A stretch of DNA of 64,000 nt from Acidobacteriota bacterium. Its GTDB lineage: Bacteria; Acidobacteriota; UBA6911; RPQK01; JAJDTT01. Position numbers and translations under genes: made by a program. Position 1 is the stretch's first letter; every line of letters begins with the position of its first letter. Positions 18,400 to 29,853 of this stretch are shown here, piece after piece. The notes beneath the pieces are model-generated. The model ran no database searches. It was not told where the DNA came from and saw only the letters and a list, made by a program, of their open reading frames with translations. Location of the stretch: contig OZ253580.1 in assembly GCA_965263035.1 (NCBI GenBank), positions 4,064,001 through 4,128,000 of the forward strand, read 5' to 3'.

Positions 18400-18694
18400 C
18401 CGGCCCTGCCCACGGAACCGCTCCCTGGAGTTGCGTCAACCGGAATCCCTGAAACAGCCACCTAGCCTGCACCTGCCGGCAGGTTTCTGCCATGGCGGAT
18501 CGTGATGGATCCCGCCGTGTGTCTCACGTCGTCTACTAACCCCTTTCGGGACCGACCCGAACCGGTTTCCTCTCCTCAGCCGGTCACTTTTCCTGCAACA
18601 AACGCCTCCGGGCGGTCTCCTTCCCCGTTGCCTGTCCGTGCCGATCATTGCCCGAGAACGCCGTCCCCGGGGGGCCATCCGTGGACCGCGAAGG

Positions 18695-18703
18695 TGTTAC
18701 AAT
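18695..18703 (+). promoter_or_regulatory. Extended -10 promoter (TGtTACAAT) for rel
   Basis: TG-N-TACAAT 16 nt upstream of ATG 18720. Confidence 0.55.
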
Positions 18704-18719
18704 ACCGGGAACAGGCACC

Positions 18720-20885
<2,166 letters not shown>

Positions 20886-20910
20886 CGGCCGGACGCACGG
20901 GGCGTTCCGG

Positions 20911-21108
20911 TCAGTGGATGGCGGGCTTCAGAACGCGGCCGTTTTTCAGGCACTTGGCGCAGACGCGGATACGTCGGACGGTCCCGTTGATATTGGCGCG
21001 GACCCTCTGAAGGTTGGGGCTCCACTTGCGCCGGGTCAGATTGTGGGCATGGGAAACGTTGTTCCCGAACTGAGGCCCTTTCCCGCAGATCTGACAAACT
21101 TTCGCCAT
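20911..21108 (-). CDS. rpmB: 50S ribosomal protein L28 (zinc-ribbon type)
   Basis: [34 protein letters not shown]...VCAKCLK. Confidence 0.97.
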   Translation of the reverse strand: MAKVCQICGKGPQFGNNVSHAHNLTRRKWSPNLQRVRANINGTVRRIRVCAKCLKNGRVLKPAIH

Positions 21109-21132
21109 CGTTCAATCCGCTCGCGAAGTGGA

Positions 21133-21162
21133 GTTTTACCACTCTAGTCCGGAAGTTGTCAA
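21133..21162 (-). promoter_or_regulatory. Sigma70-type promoter for rpmB
   Basis: Minus strand TTGACA-N18-TAAAAC with TG extension. Confidence 0.6.
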
Positions 21163-21338
21163 GCCGCTCCGGGTGCCGGAGAACCGTCACCAGCTACCGG
21201 TAGAATGACCTGATTCAGATCACTCGGTTCGGCGACTCCCCCACTCTGGAGCCAAGTGGCGCCATCCACCGGTCTCCGTGTCACGGTGATGATGTCGTGG
21301 ATCCGTCGCGGAGTTCGTTCTAAGGGTTGGAGTCTGAG

Positions 21339-22214
21339 ATGAAGATCGCGGTCATTGGTGCGGGAACCATGGGAAGAGGCATTGCGCGCGTCTGTGCGGC
21401 CCACGGACACCAGGTCTCGCTCAAGGATGTCGATTCGAACGTTCTGAGCAACTCCATGGAACTGATCCGGCGCGGTCTGGAGAAGTCGCTGGAGCGGGAC
21501 TCCGGAGAAATGGAATCCGTCGCGACGGTTCTGGATCGAATCCGGCCGACAACCGGCTGGGAGAACACGGCGGGAGCAGAGATGGTCATCGAAGCCGTCG
21601 TGGAAAAGTTCGAATTGAAGCGGGACGTCTTTCGTAAGCTGGATGACCTTTGCGGGCCCGGAGCCATTCTGGCCAGCAACACCTCTTCCATCCCCATTAC
21701 CCGTCTGGCGGCCGTGACGGAACGTCCGGAGCGGGTCATCGGCATGCACTTCATGAATCCTGTCCCCAGAATGAAGTTGGTGGAAGTGATCCGAGGATTG
21801 CAGACGGATCAGCAGACGGTGGATTCCACCGTGGCGCTGGCCAAACAACTGGGGAAGGTCCCGGTGGAGGTCCGGGATTTCCCCGGATTCGTGACCAATC
21901 GGATCCTCATGCCCATGATCAATGAGGCCGTCACGGCGCTGATGGAAGGGGTGGCCGAGGCGGAAGGCATCGATCGGATCATGCAACTGGGGATGAACCA
22001 TCCCATGGGGCCTTTGCGGTTGGCCGACCTCATCGGCCTTGACGTGTGCCTGCACGTGATGGAGGTCCTGTTCGATGGTTTCAAGGATCCCAAGTACCGG
22101 CCCTGCCCGCTGTTGAGACAGATGGTGGATGCGGGATGGTTGGGCCGCAAGACCGGCCGGGGTTTTTATGTGTACCCGGGCCATGGGGCTGGCCACCCTG
22201 GTGGCCGGCGCTGA
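21339..22214 (+). CDS. hbd: 3-hydroxybutyryl-CoA dehydrogenase
   Basis: GAGTMG Rossmann motif, [46 protein letters not shown]. Confidence 0.9.
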   Translation: MKIAVIGAGTMGRGIARVCAAHGHQVSLKDVDSNVLSNSMELIRRGLEKSLERDSGEMESVATVLDRIRPTTGWENTAGAEMVIEAVVEKFELKRDVFRKLDDLCGPGAILASNTSSIPITRLAAVTERPERVIGMHFMNPVPRMKLVEVIRGLQTDQQTVDSTVALAKQLGKVPVEVRDFPGFVTNRILMPMINEAVTALMEGVAEAEGIDRIMQLGMNHPMGPLRLADLIGLDVCLHVMEVLFDGFKDPKYRPCPLLRQMVDAGWLGRKTGRGFYVYPGHGAGHPGGRR

Positions 22215-22273
22215 AAGGAGCGGTGATGAAAGGAGCGGTGATGAAAGGAAAAGTGATGGAAGTACGAGTGATG
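22212..22273 (+). repeat. 15-bp tandem repeat x4 (TGAAAGGAGCGGTGA) at the hbd-recA junction
   Basis: tgaaaggagcggtga tgaaaggagcggtga tgaaaggaaaagtga tggaagtacgagtga tg. Confidence 0.9.
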
Positions 22274-23296
22274 GACCAGAAGCACCGACAACGGGCAATC
22301 GAAATGGCGTTGGCCCAGATCGAACGGCAGTTCGGGAAGGGTTCGATCATGAAGATGGGGGATCGATCCAGGATGGACATTCCTGTGATCCCCTCCGGAT
22401 CCATATCGCTGGACACGGCGCTGGGGATCGGCGGATATCCGCGGGGGCGGGTGATCGAGATTTACGGCCCCGAGTCCAGCGGAAAGACCACCATGGCTCT
22501 TCATGTGATCGCCGAGGCCCAGAAGACAGGGGGGACGGCGGCTTTCATCGACGCGGAGCATGCCTTGGATCCCAGATATGCCGCCAATCTGGGGGTGAAG
22601 GTGAACGATCTTCTGATTTCCCAGCCTGACTATGGGGAACAGGCTCTGGAGATTGCCGAAGTTCTGGTCCGAAGCGGGGCTCTGGACGTGGTCGTGGTCG
22701 ACTCGGTCGCGGCCCTGGTGCCCCGGGCGGAGCTGGAGGGTGAAATGGGCGATCCCCACATGGGACTGCAGGCCCGGCTCATGTCCCAAGCGCTCCGGAA
22801 GCTCACCGGCATCGTCTCCAAGTCCCGGACCAGCTTGATCTTCATCAATCAGGTGCGACACAAGATCGGCGTCATGTTCGGCAACCCCGAGACCACCACC
22901 GGAGGCCGGGCACTCAAGTTCTACTCCTCGATCCGTCTGGAAATCCGCCGGATCGCGGCCATCAAGGAGGGAGATCAGAACGTCGGGAACCGGACCCGTG
23001 CCAAGGTCGTGAAGAACAAGTTGGCGCCTCCCTTCCGCCAAGCCGAATTCGACATCGCCTTCGGTGTGGGAATCTCCAAGGAAGGGGAGCTACTGGACCT
23101 CGCCGTGGAACAAGGGATTGCCCAGAAGAGCGGCTCTTGGTTCTCTTACGACCGCGAGCGGCTCGGCCAGGGCCGCGAGAATGCCAAGCGGTACCTGAAA
23201 GACAACCAGGAGGCGTTTCGCGAGATCGAGCACAAGGTCAAAATCAAGCTGGGTATCATCAAGCCCTTGAAGAAGGTGGAAGCGGCCGGGAAATAG
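22226..23296 (+). CDS. recA: Recombinase RecA (in-frame ATGs at 22226, 22241, 22256, 22271)
   Basis: [60 protein letters not shown]. Confidence 0.98.
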   Translation: MKGAVMKGKVMEVRVMDQKHRQRAIEMALAQIERQFGKGSIMKMGDRSRMDIPVIPSGSISLDTALGIGGYPRGRVIEIYGPESSGKTTMALHVIAEAQKTGGTAAFIDAEHALDPRYAANLGVKVNDLLISQPDYGEQALEIAEVLVRSGALDVVVVDSVAALVPRAELEGEMGDPHMGLQARLMSQALRKLTGIVSKSRTSLIFINQVRHKIGVMFGNPETTTGGRALKFYSSIRLEIRRIAAIKEGDQNVGNRTRAKVVKNKLAPPFRQAEFDIAFGVGISKEGELLDLAVEQGIAQKSGSWFSYDRERLGQGRENAKRYLKDNQEAFREIEHKVKIKLGIIKPLKKVEAAGK

Positions 23297-23303
23297 GGCC
23301 CCA

Positions 23304-23373
23304 GGAGGGGGGACATTCTTGCCCCCCCTCTTCATCGCCGACCCGGAACCGGCGGCTGGAAAGCCCCCGATCC
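23304..23373. repeat. REP-like doublet (two short palindromes facing each other)
   Basis: GGAGGGGGGACATTCTTGCCCCCC ... GGCGGCTGGAAAGCCCCCGATCC; relatives at 39636-39708 and 54335-54572. Confidence 0.7.
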
Positions 23374-23461
23374 CACACCTCCCTGTTTTTCTGCCCGAAC
23401 GGCGCGGGTCGAATATCGTGGCGGCTTTTGCCGGTGGCTGCTAAGATCAGTCGGACCCGGT

Positions 23462-23536
23462 TCGGGGGTCGTCCAATTGGTAGGACAGCGGCCTTTGGAG
23501 CCGCCGATCCAGGTTCGAGCCCTGGCCCCCGAGCCA
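23462..23536 (+). tRNA. tRNA-Gln (anticodon TTG)
   Basis: Acceptor TCGGGGG/CCCCCGA-G-CCA, anticodon arm GCGGC-CT-TTG-GA-GCCGC, T arm CCAGG-TTCGAGC-CCTGG; U1-A72 pair; TGcTAAGAT extended -10 at 23439-23447. Confidence 0.97.
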
Positions 23537-23600
23537 CTTTTCTCTTTCTTGAATCGGGTGCCGTATCGGCTGACGATTCCGCGCCGTACCGAAGCGGGAA

Positions 23601-25394
23601 TCAGCCGTGGTGGCCCGTCAGCGAGATCTCTCCTACAAAGCCTCTGGCGCCCCGTCTCAGCAGGGAGAACGTGTAGAGACCCGCCAGCAGGATCAGGCAA
23701 AGGAGTTCCAGGTTCGAGGGAGAGCCGGTCGCGGGACCCTCCAGTGCCGTGGCCTGGACCTGGGGCAGGATCGAGTTGGTCAGGTAACCCAGAGCCACCG
23801 AGAGCAGGATGATGGTGGCGCTGAAGCAGAGGGCGATCTTGCGGCCGTGGAGTCGCGCCAGGACACCGAAGGTGGTCACGTTGGTGGCCGGTCCGGTCAG
23901 GAGAAAGGCCAGCGCGGCGCCGGGCGAGACACCCTTCGCCAAGAGGACCGCGACGAACGGGGTGGCGCTGGACGCGCAGACGTAGGTGGGGAGCCCCAGT
24001 ATGGCGAATGCCGGGATCTCCAGCGCCGCGGGCAGCCGATTGAGCCAATTGGTCGGCAGGAACGCCTCCACCACGGCCGCCAGGATCAGGCCGAAGACGA
24101 TCCAGGGCGCGGTGTGGTCGACAGCGTCTCCGAATCCGTTCGAGAGACCCTGCCGGATTTTCTGACTCAGGGGTTGTGAGGTCCGGCTTCCAGGATTTTC
24201 CGCCACCGCCGGCAAGCTACTGTGGCGCGGGACCAAACGGCCCACGATCCACCCCACCAGAAGGGCCACCAAGGCGGCGGCGACGACGCGGACGATGGTC
24301 ATCTTTCCCCCCAGAAGGGGGATGGAGAGAAGAACCGCATCGAGTCCCAACTCCGGCGTGGAGATGAGAAATGCCATGGCGGCCGTGGCGGGAGCGCCAC
24401 TCCGGACCAGGGTCCGATAGAGGGGGACCACGCCGCAGGAGCAGATGGGGAAGGGCAGTCCGACGGCCATTCCCCGCATCGCCTGGTTCCACTGCCGGCC
24501 CCGGCGCATCCAGGCGATGGAGGATCGGGTCAGGAAGGAACTCATGAATCCCGCAACCAGATAGGCGATCAGCAGTGCGGGAGCCCCCTTCAGAGCCAAC
24601 TGGAAGAAGGTCGAGACGATTCGCTCACCTGCGGCCGCGTGAGGGAGATGTTCGAACTGAAATAGTGACGCCAGCAGTCCTACTCCCAGCAGCGAGCCCA
24701 AACCCGAGAACCATCTCTGCATTCCGGATCCGGCAGGGACGAGGTTGCCGATCTTGGTCCTCGTCTGGTGCAGGGTCACATGAAGTAGGAAACCTGCCAC
24801 CAGCGCCTGGAACCAATCCACGCCTTGGCCGTGCAGACCGGCCATGACTGCAGGCCCCCAGAAGAAGCCCAGGCCGGTGGCGAGCATGATGGGCACCATG
24901 GCGGCGGCCGCTTTCCAGGAACCGTATCCGGGCCGGAGAAGCCACCAGATGGTGAGGCCCACGGGGAAACGGTGCAGGATGACGGCCAGGGAGAGAAGAT
25001 TCCCCTCGGCTTCCGCACCGGAGGCGCGTGCGCTGAGGGCGGTGCCGTCCGTCGCCGCGTGGATGCAGAGTCCCAGCAAGCCCAGAATCAGGGCCGTCAC
25101 CTGCGCCCGGTTCGCTCCCTTGGGGAAGAACCGCTTGGTCAAGCTGGGAACGAGCATGCCCACCAGTCCGAAGAAGACGGCCTCCCAGTGGCCTCGGGAG
25201 AGGATCGGCAGCAGGATGCTCAAGAAAAGCACCCCCGGCATGGTCACGAAGATGAACCCATCCAGGAGGATCAGCATCCTCGCATGGGCTCGGACCAGGT
25301 AGCAGATCAGCGGACCCAGACAGAGACTCAGGAAGCTGGCCAGCAGCAGTTGAAATTCGCCGGGCCCCAAATCTCCCACCCAGCCTGTTGACAC
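23601..25394 (-). CDS. Membrane permease: N-terminal ZIP-like domain fused to DUF318/ArsP-type permease
   Basis: HAATDG and AVILHRFPVG (ZIP-like TM4/TM5); PICSCGVVP, YVCASSATP, FLLTGPATN (DUF318); AAGGAG RBS and TATAAT upstream. Confidence 0.8.
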   Translation of the reverse strand: MSTGWVGDLGPGEFQLLLASFLSLCLGPLICYLVRAHARMLILLDGFIFVTMPGVLFLSILLPILSRGHWEAVFFGLVGMLVPSLTKRFFPKGANRAQVTALILGLLGLCIHAATDGTALSARASGAEAEGNLLSLAVILHRFPVGLTIWWLLRPGYGSWKAAAAMVPIMLATGLGFFWGPAVMAGLHGQGVDWFQALVAGFLLHVTLHQTRTKIGNLVPAGSGMQRWFSGLGSLLGVGLLASLFQFEHLPHAAAGERIVSTFFQLALKGAPALLIAYLVAGFMSSFLTRSSIAWMRRGRQWNQAMRGMAVGLPFPICSCGVVPLYRTLVRSGAPATAAMAFLISTPELGLDAVLLSIPLLGGKMTIVRVVAAALVALLVGWIVGRLVPRHSSLPAVAENPGSRTSQPLSQKIRQGLSNGFGDAVDHTAPWIVFGLILAAVVEAFLPTNWLNRLPAALEIPAFAILGLPTYVCASSATPFVAVLLAKGVSPGAALAFLLTGPATNVTTFGVLARLHGRKIALCFSATIILLSVALGYLTNSILPQVQATALEGPATGSPSNLELLCLILLAGLYTFSLLRRGARGFVGEISLTGHHG

Positions 25395-25584
25395 GGCCGA
25401 TGCGCTCCTTTCTCTTACCCGTCCAGCATTTGGATTATATCTTGTTCGGGACGGCAGGCCCGCCGTCGCCGGACTGAGTCCATGGATGCTGGGGAAGGGT
25501 CGGAGGAGCCGGAGTCGAAATGATTCTCAGACCGGGAGAATTAGCCGTCCAAAGCTGGTAGTTTTCGTCCAGGAACGTGAACCT

Positions 25585-26714
25585 ATGATGCGACCGCCAT
25601 CGCTGTTCCCCACCACCGTCGTCGGCAGCCTTCCCCGCCCCCAATGGGTCATGGACCTCTTCGCCCAGGAGATTTCGGGACAGGTCGATCCGGAAACCTT
25701 CCAGTCCCGCTTGGACAGCGCGGTCCTTTACGCCATCCAACTCCAGGAAATGGCCGGGTCGACATCATCAGCGACGGCGAGTATCGGCGCGAAAGCTACG
25801 TCAAGATCTTTGCCCAGCGGGTGGGCGGATTCGAGAGGGATCTGCTGGACGGATCGGCGATTCTGGATGACGGCCAGTTCTACGACAGCCGGGCCCGCCA
25901 GGTGGTCGCGCCCTCCCAGGCCGAGTCTCCTCTTCGTTATCCGGCGGTGGTCCGGCCCATCGAGGCCGGTCGACCGGTGGTCCTGGAAGAGGCCAGGTTT
26001 CTGCTGACCCACACTTCGCTGCCGGTCAAGGTGACCCTGCCCTCGCCCTACATTCTGGCCCGGCGTCTCTGGCACCCTGACTATTCGCGTGAGGCCTATC
26101 CGACTCGACAGGATTTCCTGAACGACATCATCCCGGTCCTGCGCCGGGAAGTCCGTGAGCTGGAGGCCCTGGGAGTCTATTTCATTCAACTGGACGATCC
26201 TTGGCTCTCGCTCTTCGTGGACGATGGCTACCGGAGCCATTTCGAGGCGGTGGAGCGGGAGATCCACACCAGTATCGACTGCATCAACCAGGTCGTTTCG
26301 GGAATCCGGCAGGCCAAGACCGGAGTCCATTTCTGCCGGGCCCACTACAACCGCAAGACCGGGTTTCGGGGAGACTATTCCTATCTCCTGCCCTATCTGA
26401 AAGACCTCCGAGTCGACCAGTTGGTCATGGAGTTCGCACTTCCCAACGCTGGGTCAATTGAGGTTCTGGAGGCGTTTCCGGAGCATCTGGAATTGGGACT
26501 GGGTTGCGTCGACGTCCGGGCCGAGGAGATTCCCCTACCCGGCCGCATCGTGGAGATGGTTCGCCGGGCGGCCCGTTACGTGGGACGCGATCGGATCACA
26601 CTGAATCCCGACTGCGGATTCGCTCCCTCGAACACCAACCCGATTCCCCTGGACGAAGCGTACCGCAAGCTCAAGGCCATGGCCGAGGCGGCCCGCCGGC
26701 TGAGAGAAGGGTAA
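25585..26714 (+). pseudogene. Cobalamin-independent methionine synthase catalytic-domain (MetE C-terminal-like) protein, frameshifted at G-run 25756-25758
   Basis: Frame A gives TTVVGSLPRP...QEMAG and frame B continues VDIISDGEYRR...HFC...E...NPDCG; one extra G restores a 376-aa ORF. Confidence 0.8.
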
Positions 26715-26751
26715 CGGAGTGAGCGCGGATGGAAGAGGAGGATTGTAGCAG

Positions 26752-28083
26752 GTGATGGAGAAACGACCTTTTCAGTCCGAGTCCTCCGCCGGTCGAGGAC
26801 AGCCGGCTCGCAGCGTCGTCATACAGAGTCGTCTCCTGGCGGACGGAGTTTCCGGCTGCTCCCGGACGGGCCAGGCTCTGCTGGTTCATGAGGGCCGGAT
26901 CCAAGCCGTGTGCGCCAGGGAAGAGATTCTGAAGACGGCGCCGCCGGATGCCTCCGTCATCGACCTGGGACGGGCGTGCCTGGCTCCCGGGCTGATCGAC
27001 AGCCACACGCACCTGAGTCTGTCGGGCGACGGCCGCAACTATGGCGAGATGTTCTCCGACTCCGACGAGTTGATGGTGCTCACGGGCGCCATGAACATGA
27101 AGAAGCACCTGGACGCGGGAATCACCACCATCCGGGAGCACGGCGCCCGTAACCGAGTGGGGTTTACTCTCAAGTCCGGACTCGCGCGTGGCTATATCCC
27201 GGGTCCCAGGATGTTGGTGAGCGGGCGCCCCATCACCTGCACCGGCGGTCATTTCCACATGTGCAACGAGGTGGCCGACGGCGAGGCGGAGATCCGGAGG
27301 TCCGTCCGACGTCTGGTCCACGAGGGCGCGGACTACATCAAGATCATGGCCTCCGGCGGAGGAACGGCCGGCACCATTCCGGGAGTGGCCACCTATACCG
27401 TCGAGGAACTCCATGCCGCCGCCCACGAGGCTCACCACTTCCACCGTCTGACCGCAGCCCACTGCCGGGCCAAGGAGTCCATGCGCCGCGCCGTGGAGGC
27501 GGGCATCGATCTGATGGAGCATGCCGAGTTCATGGATCCGGACGACAGGATGCGTTTCGATCCCAAGATCGCCGAGATGATGGCCGAGTCGGGCATCTGG
27601 GTCAGTCCGACCCTGCAGACCTGGTGCAGCTATCCCAGGGTTCTGGAGCTGAGGCGGAAGCGGGATTCGGGTGCGGCCGCGCCTTCGGAGGAGAAAGAAC
27701 TGGATCATCTCGAGGAGCGGATGGAGAGGCGCCTGGAGATCATGCGCCGCATGCTGGATTACTGTCTGCGCGAGCGCATCGTTCCCGGAACCGATTCGGG
27801 AGTCTCCAACATCGCCTTCGGGCACCTGGACTACGATCTCCAGATTCTCCACCAGGTCGGATTCACTCCCTCCGAGTGCCTGGCCTCGGCCACACGCATC
27901 TCGGCGGAGGCGATCGGACTTCAAGACGAGATCGGCACTATCGAACCGGGGAAGCGGGCCGACCTGGTGGCCCTGGACGGAGACCCGAATCAGGATGTGA
28001 CCGCTTTCAGCCGGATCGTGGCCGTCATCCAAGCCGGAAGGCGGCTGGTTCAGGCCGACTTGAAGGACCCCTCGACTCCATGA
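26752..28083 (+). CDS. Metal-dependent amidohydrolase (Xaa-Pro dipeptidase/carboxypeptidase-like)
   Basis: PGLIDSHTH, TGGH, YIKIMASGG, AAHC, MEHA, GTDSG, GTIEPGKRADLV. Confidence 0.88.
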   Translation: MMEKRPFQSESSAGRGQPARSVVIQSRLLADGVSGCSRTGQALLVHEGRIQAVCAREEILKTAPPDASVIDLGRACLAPGLIDSHTHLSLSGDGRNYGEMFSDSDELMVLTGAMNMKKHLDAGITTIREHGARNRVGFTLKSGLARGYIPGPRMLVSGRPITCTGGHFHMCNEVADGEAEIRRSVRRLVHEGADYIKIMASGGGTAGTIPGVATYTVEELHAAAHEAHHFHRLTAAHCRAKESMRRAVEAGIDLMEHAEFMDPDDRMRFDPKIAEMMAESGIWVSPTLQTWCSYPRVLELRRKRDSGAAAPSEEKELDHLEERMERRLEIMRRMLDYCLRERIVPGTDSGVSNIAFGHLDYDLQILHQVGFTPSECLASATRISAEAIGLQDEIGTIEPGKRADLVALDGDPNQDVTAFSRIVAVIQAGRRLVQADLKDPSTP

Positions 28084-28409
28084 CGGCCCGAAAGTCATCT
28101 GGCGCCTGGCAGGGAGTCTACGCGCTGGTCCGGAGGATTCCGGCGGGCAAAGTCATGAATTACGGACAGATCGCTCGCCTCCTGGACCGGCCTCTCTCGG
28201 CTCGTGCGGTGGGCTGGGCCATGCACTCCTGCCCTCCGGGTCATCCCTGGCATCGAGTCGTCAGTGCGACGGGCGAGTGTTCCACCGATCGACTCGCCTC
28301 TCATACCCCGGGTCTCCAAAAGGCGCTGCTGGAAGCCGAGGGCGTCCGCTTCGGCCCTTCGGGGCGCGTGGATATGGACCGCTTCCGGTGGAACCCGGAA
28401 GCGGCGTAG
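28080..28409 (+). CDS. Alkyltransferase-like protein (ATL/YbaZ, MGMT family)
   Basis: IPAGKVMNYGQIA...ARAVGWAM...PWHRVV (Trp in place of the catalytic Cys); ATGA overlap with the upstream gene. Confidence 0.9.
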   Translation: MTARKSSGAWQGVYALVRRIPAGKVMNYGQIARLLDRPLSARAVGWAMHSCPPGHPWHRVVSATGECSTDRLASHTPGLQKALLEAEGVRFGPSGRVDMDRFRWNPEAA

Positions 28410-28442
28410 AAACTGACCGGAGCTATGCCTTCCGGCGTTGGT

Positions 28443-29564
28443 TCAGACTCGGACGCGGGCCCAGTGGACGCTGAGGCAGCGTTCGCTCTCGCCGGCGTAG
28501 TAGGCGAGCAGAACCAGATCGTCTTCCAACAGGACCGCGGCGGGGTGGCCGAAGGTCCACTTCACCATGTCCTCCCAGAATCCGCTCAGGTCCTCTCGAT
28601 CGCCCATACCCCGCTCTTTGGGTCCCCCGGAGGCATAGACCACCAACTCCTTCGACAGATCCCAGGTTCTGCCCTCATCCGGCGACATGACCAACCGTAG
28701 GCTGCCCGGGGGATGGCGGTGCACATAGAAGAGGCCCAGCCGGCCATCGGGCAACGGCACGGGGACGGCGATCTGTCCCCGGATCCCCGTGGAGAAGGGT
28801 GGCTCCCAGGTCAGGGTCTCCGGGTCCCCCCAGGACAAATGGATTTCCAGGTCCTTCCGCGACACGCGATCATAGGTCCAGAAGGCGGCCACCGGGCGTC
28901 CCGTCCGAGGGCAGACCGCTTGGCGCTGGTCGTAGAAGAAGAGGCGGTCCGCCGGATCTCTGGCCACGTCGATGACCTGATCGAAAGCTCCCTCATCCGC
29001 CGCCAGCAGGGCATGAGCCGAGTGGAGGCTCGTCCCCCCCTCCCGCTCCGGTTCCTGCCGTTCGATCGGCACCAGCCAACCGCGACGCGGAACCCGGATC
29101 GGGCTTCCGGCCAGGACCGGGTAGTTCCACGGCGACGTGTCCAGGACTTCATAGCCGGACCAGGTCGCACCTCCATCCGTGGAGCGCGCCTGGATGATGC
29201 GGCACGGCGCCACGTGATCGCCCTCGCTGTCATACAGGGGCCGGCCGCCGGATCGGTGAAGCCACGTGAGAAATGCCAGCAGAGTGCCGTCGGACAGGGG
29301 GACGAGCTCGGCCGCCCGCACCTCACCGGGGACGCCGGTAAAGGCAGGGCGAAAGCTGTCGGAGATGACCTGCCAATGGCGGCCGCCATCGACACTCGAG
29401 GCCACCAGACAGTTGCCGTCCGCCGACTCCTTGTCGCTTCCCCGGCGGAAGGTGGCCAGCACTCGTCCGCCGGGCAGCCGGCACAGGGAAGTAAAGCAAT
29501 GGGACCTCTTGCCTCCCCGCATATTCCCGGCGTCGATGATGGTTCCTCGCTCCACGATCTCCAT
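28443..29564 (-). CDS. Sialidase-like BNR/Asp-box beta-propeller protein
   Basis: Asp boxes SVDGGRHW, STDGGATW, SPDEGRTW; C-terminal FGHP...YY; no signal peptide. Confidence 0.8.
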   Translation of the reverse strand: MEIVERGTIIDAGNMRGGKRSHCFTSLCRLPGGRVLATFRRGSDKESADGNCLVASSVDGGRHWQVISDSFRPAFTGVPGEVRAAELVPLSDGTLLAFLTWLHRSGGRPLYDSEGDHVAPCRIIQARSTDGGATWSGYEVLDTSPWNYPVLAGSPIRVPRRGWLVPIERQEPEREGGTSLHSAHALLAADEGAFDQVIDVARDPADRLFFYDQRQAVCPRTGRPVAAFWTYDRVSRKDLEIHLSWGDPETLTWEPPFSTGIRGQIAVPVPLPDGRLGLFYVHRHPPGSLRLVMSPDEGRTWDLSKELVVYASGGPKERGMGDREDLSGFWEDMVKWTFGHPAAVLLEDDLVLLAYYAGESERCLSVHWARVRV

Positions 29565-29596
29565 AGCGATCCCCGTTCTCCTCTCTTCTCAGAAAC

Positions 29597-29853
29597 GAGG
29601 AAAGAGTAAAGAAAAAAGAGGAAAGAGTGAAGACGGCGAAGCGTTTACGCGTAGCGGGACGGAGGATGAAAAAGGTTCTCGTCGAGGACAACTGATCCAG
29701 AATAGCTCGATGCCTTGTTTATTCCGTGACTCCGACGGGTCCCGGCCGGTAGGAGAGTTTCTATCTCCCAAGCTGCGAAGGTCGAAAAGAACAAACGCCC
29801 ACCAGCTGTCTCCACCGCGCCTCTTCCTCTCTTTCCTCTTTTTCTCTTTCCTC
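29597..29853 (+). repeat. Purine-tract-bounded intergenic repeat, family B, copy 1
   Basis: 29620-29761 aligns by eye with the reverse complement of 39484-39626; inverted GAGGAAAGAG tracts at both ends. Confidence 0.65.

Noticed and set aside
18471-18484. Perfect palindrome ACCTGCCGGCAGGT
   Set aside because: Single short copy in the window; no context to assign a function
21180-21338. LexA box upstream of hbd-recA or uvrA
   Set aside because: No GTTC-N7-GTTC, CTGT-N8-ACAG or GAAC-N4-GTTC match found by eye
22212-22273. Tandem repeat as a CRISPR array
   Set aside because: 15-bp units without spacers; no cas genes in the window
23462-23601. tRNA-Gln as the attachment site of an integrated island
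   Set aside because: Gene content switches to accessory after it, but no integrase, no duplicated tRNA 3' end and no clear GC shift were seen
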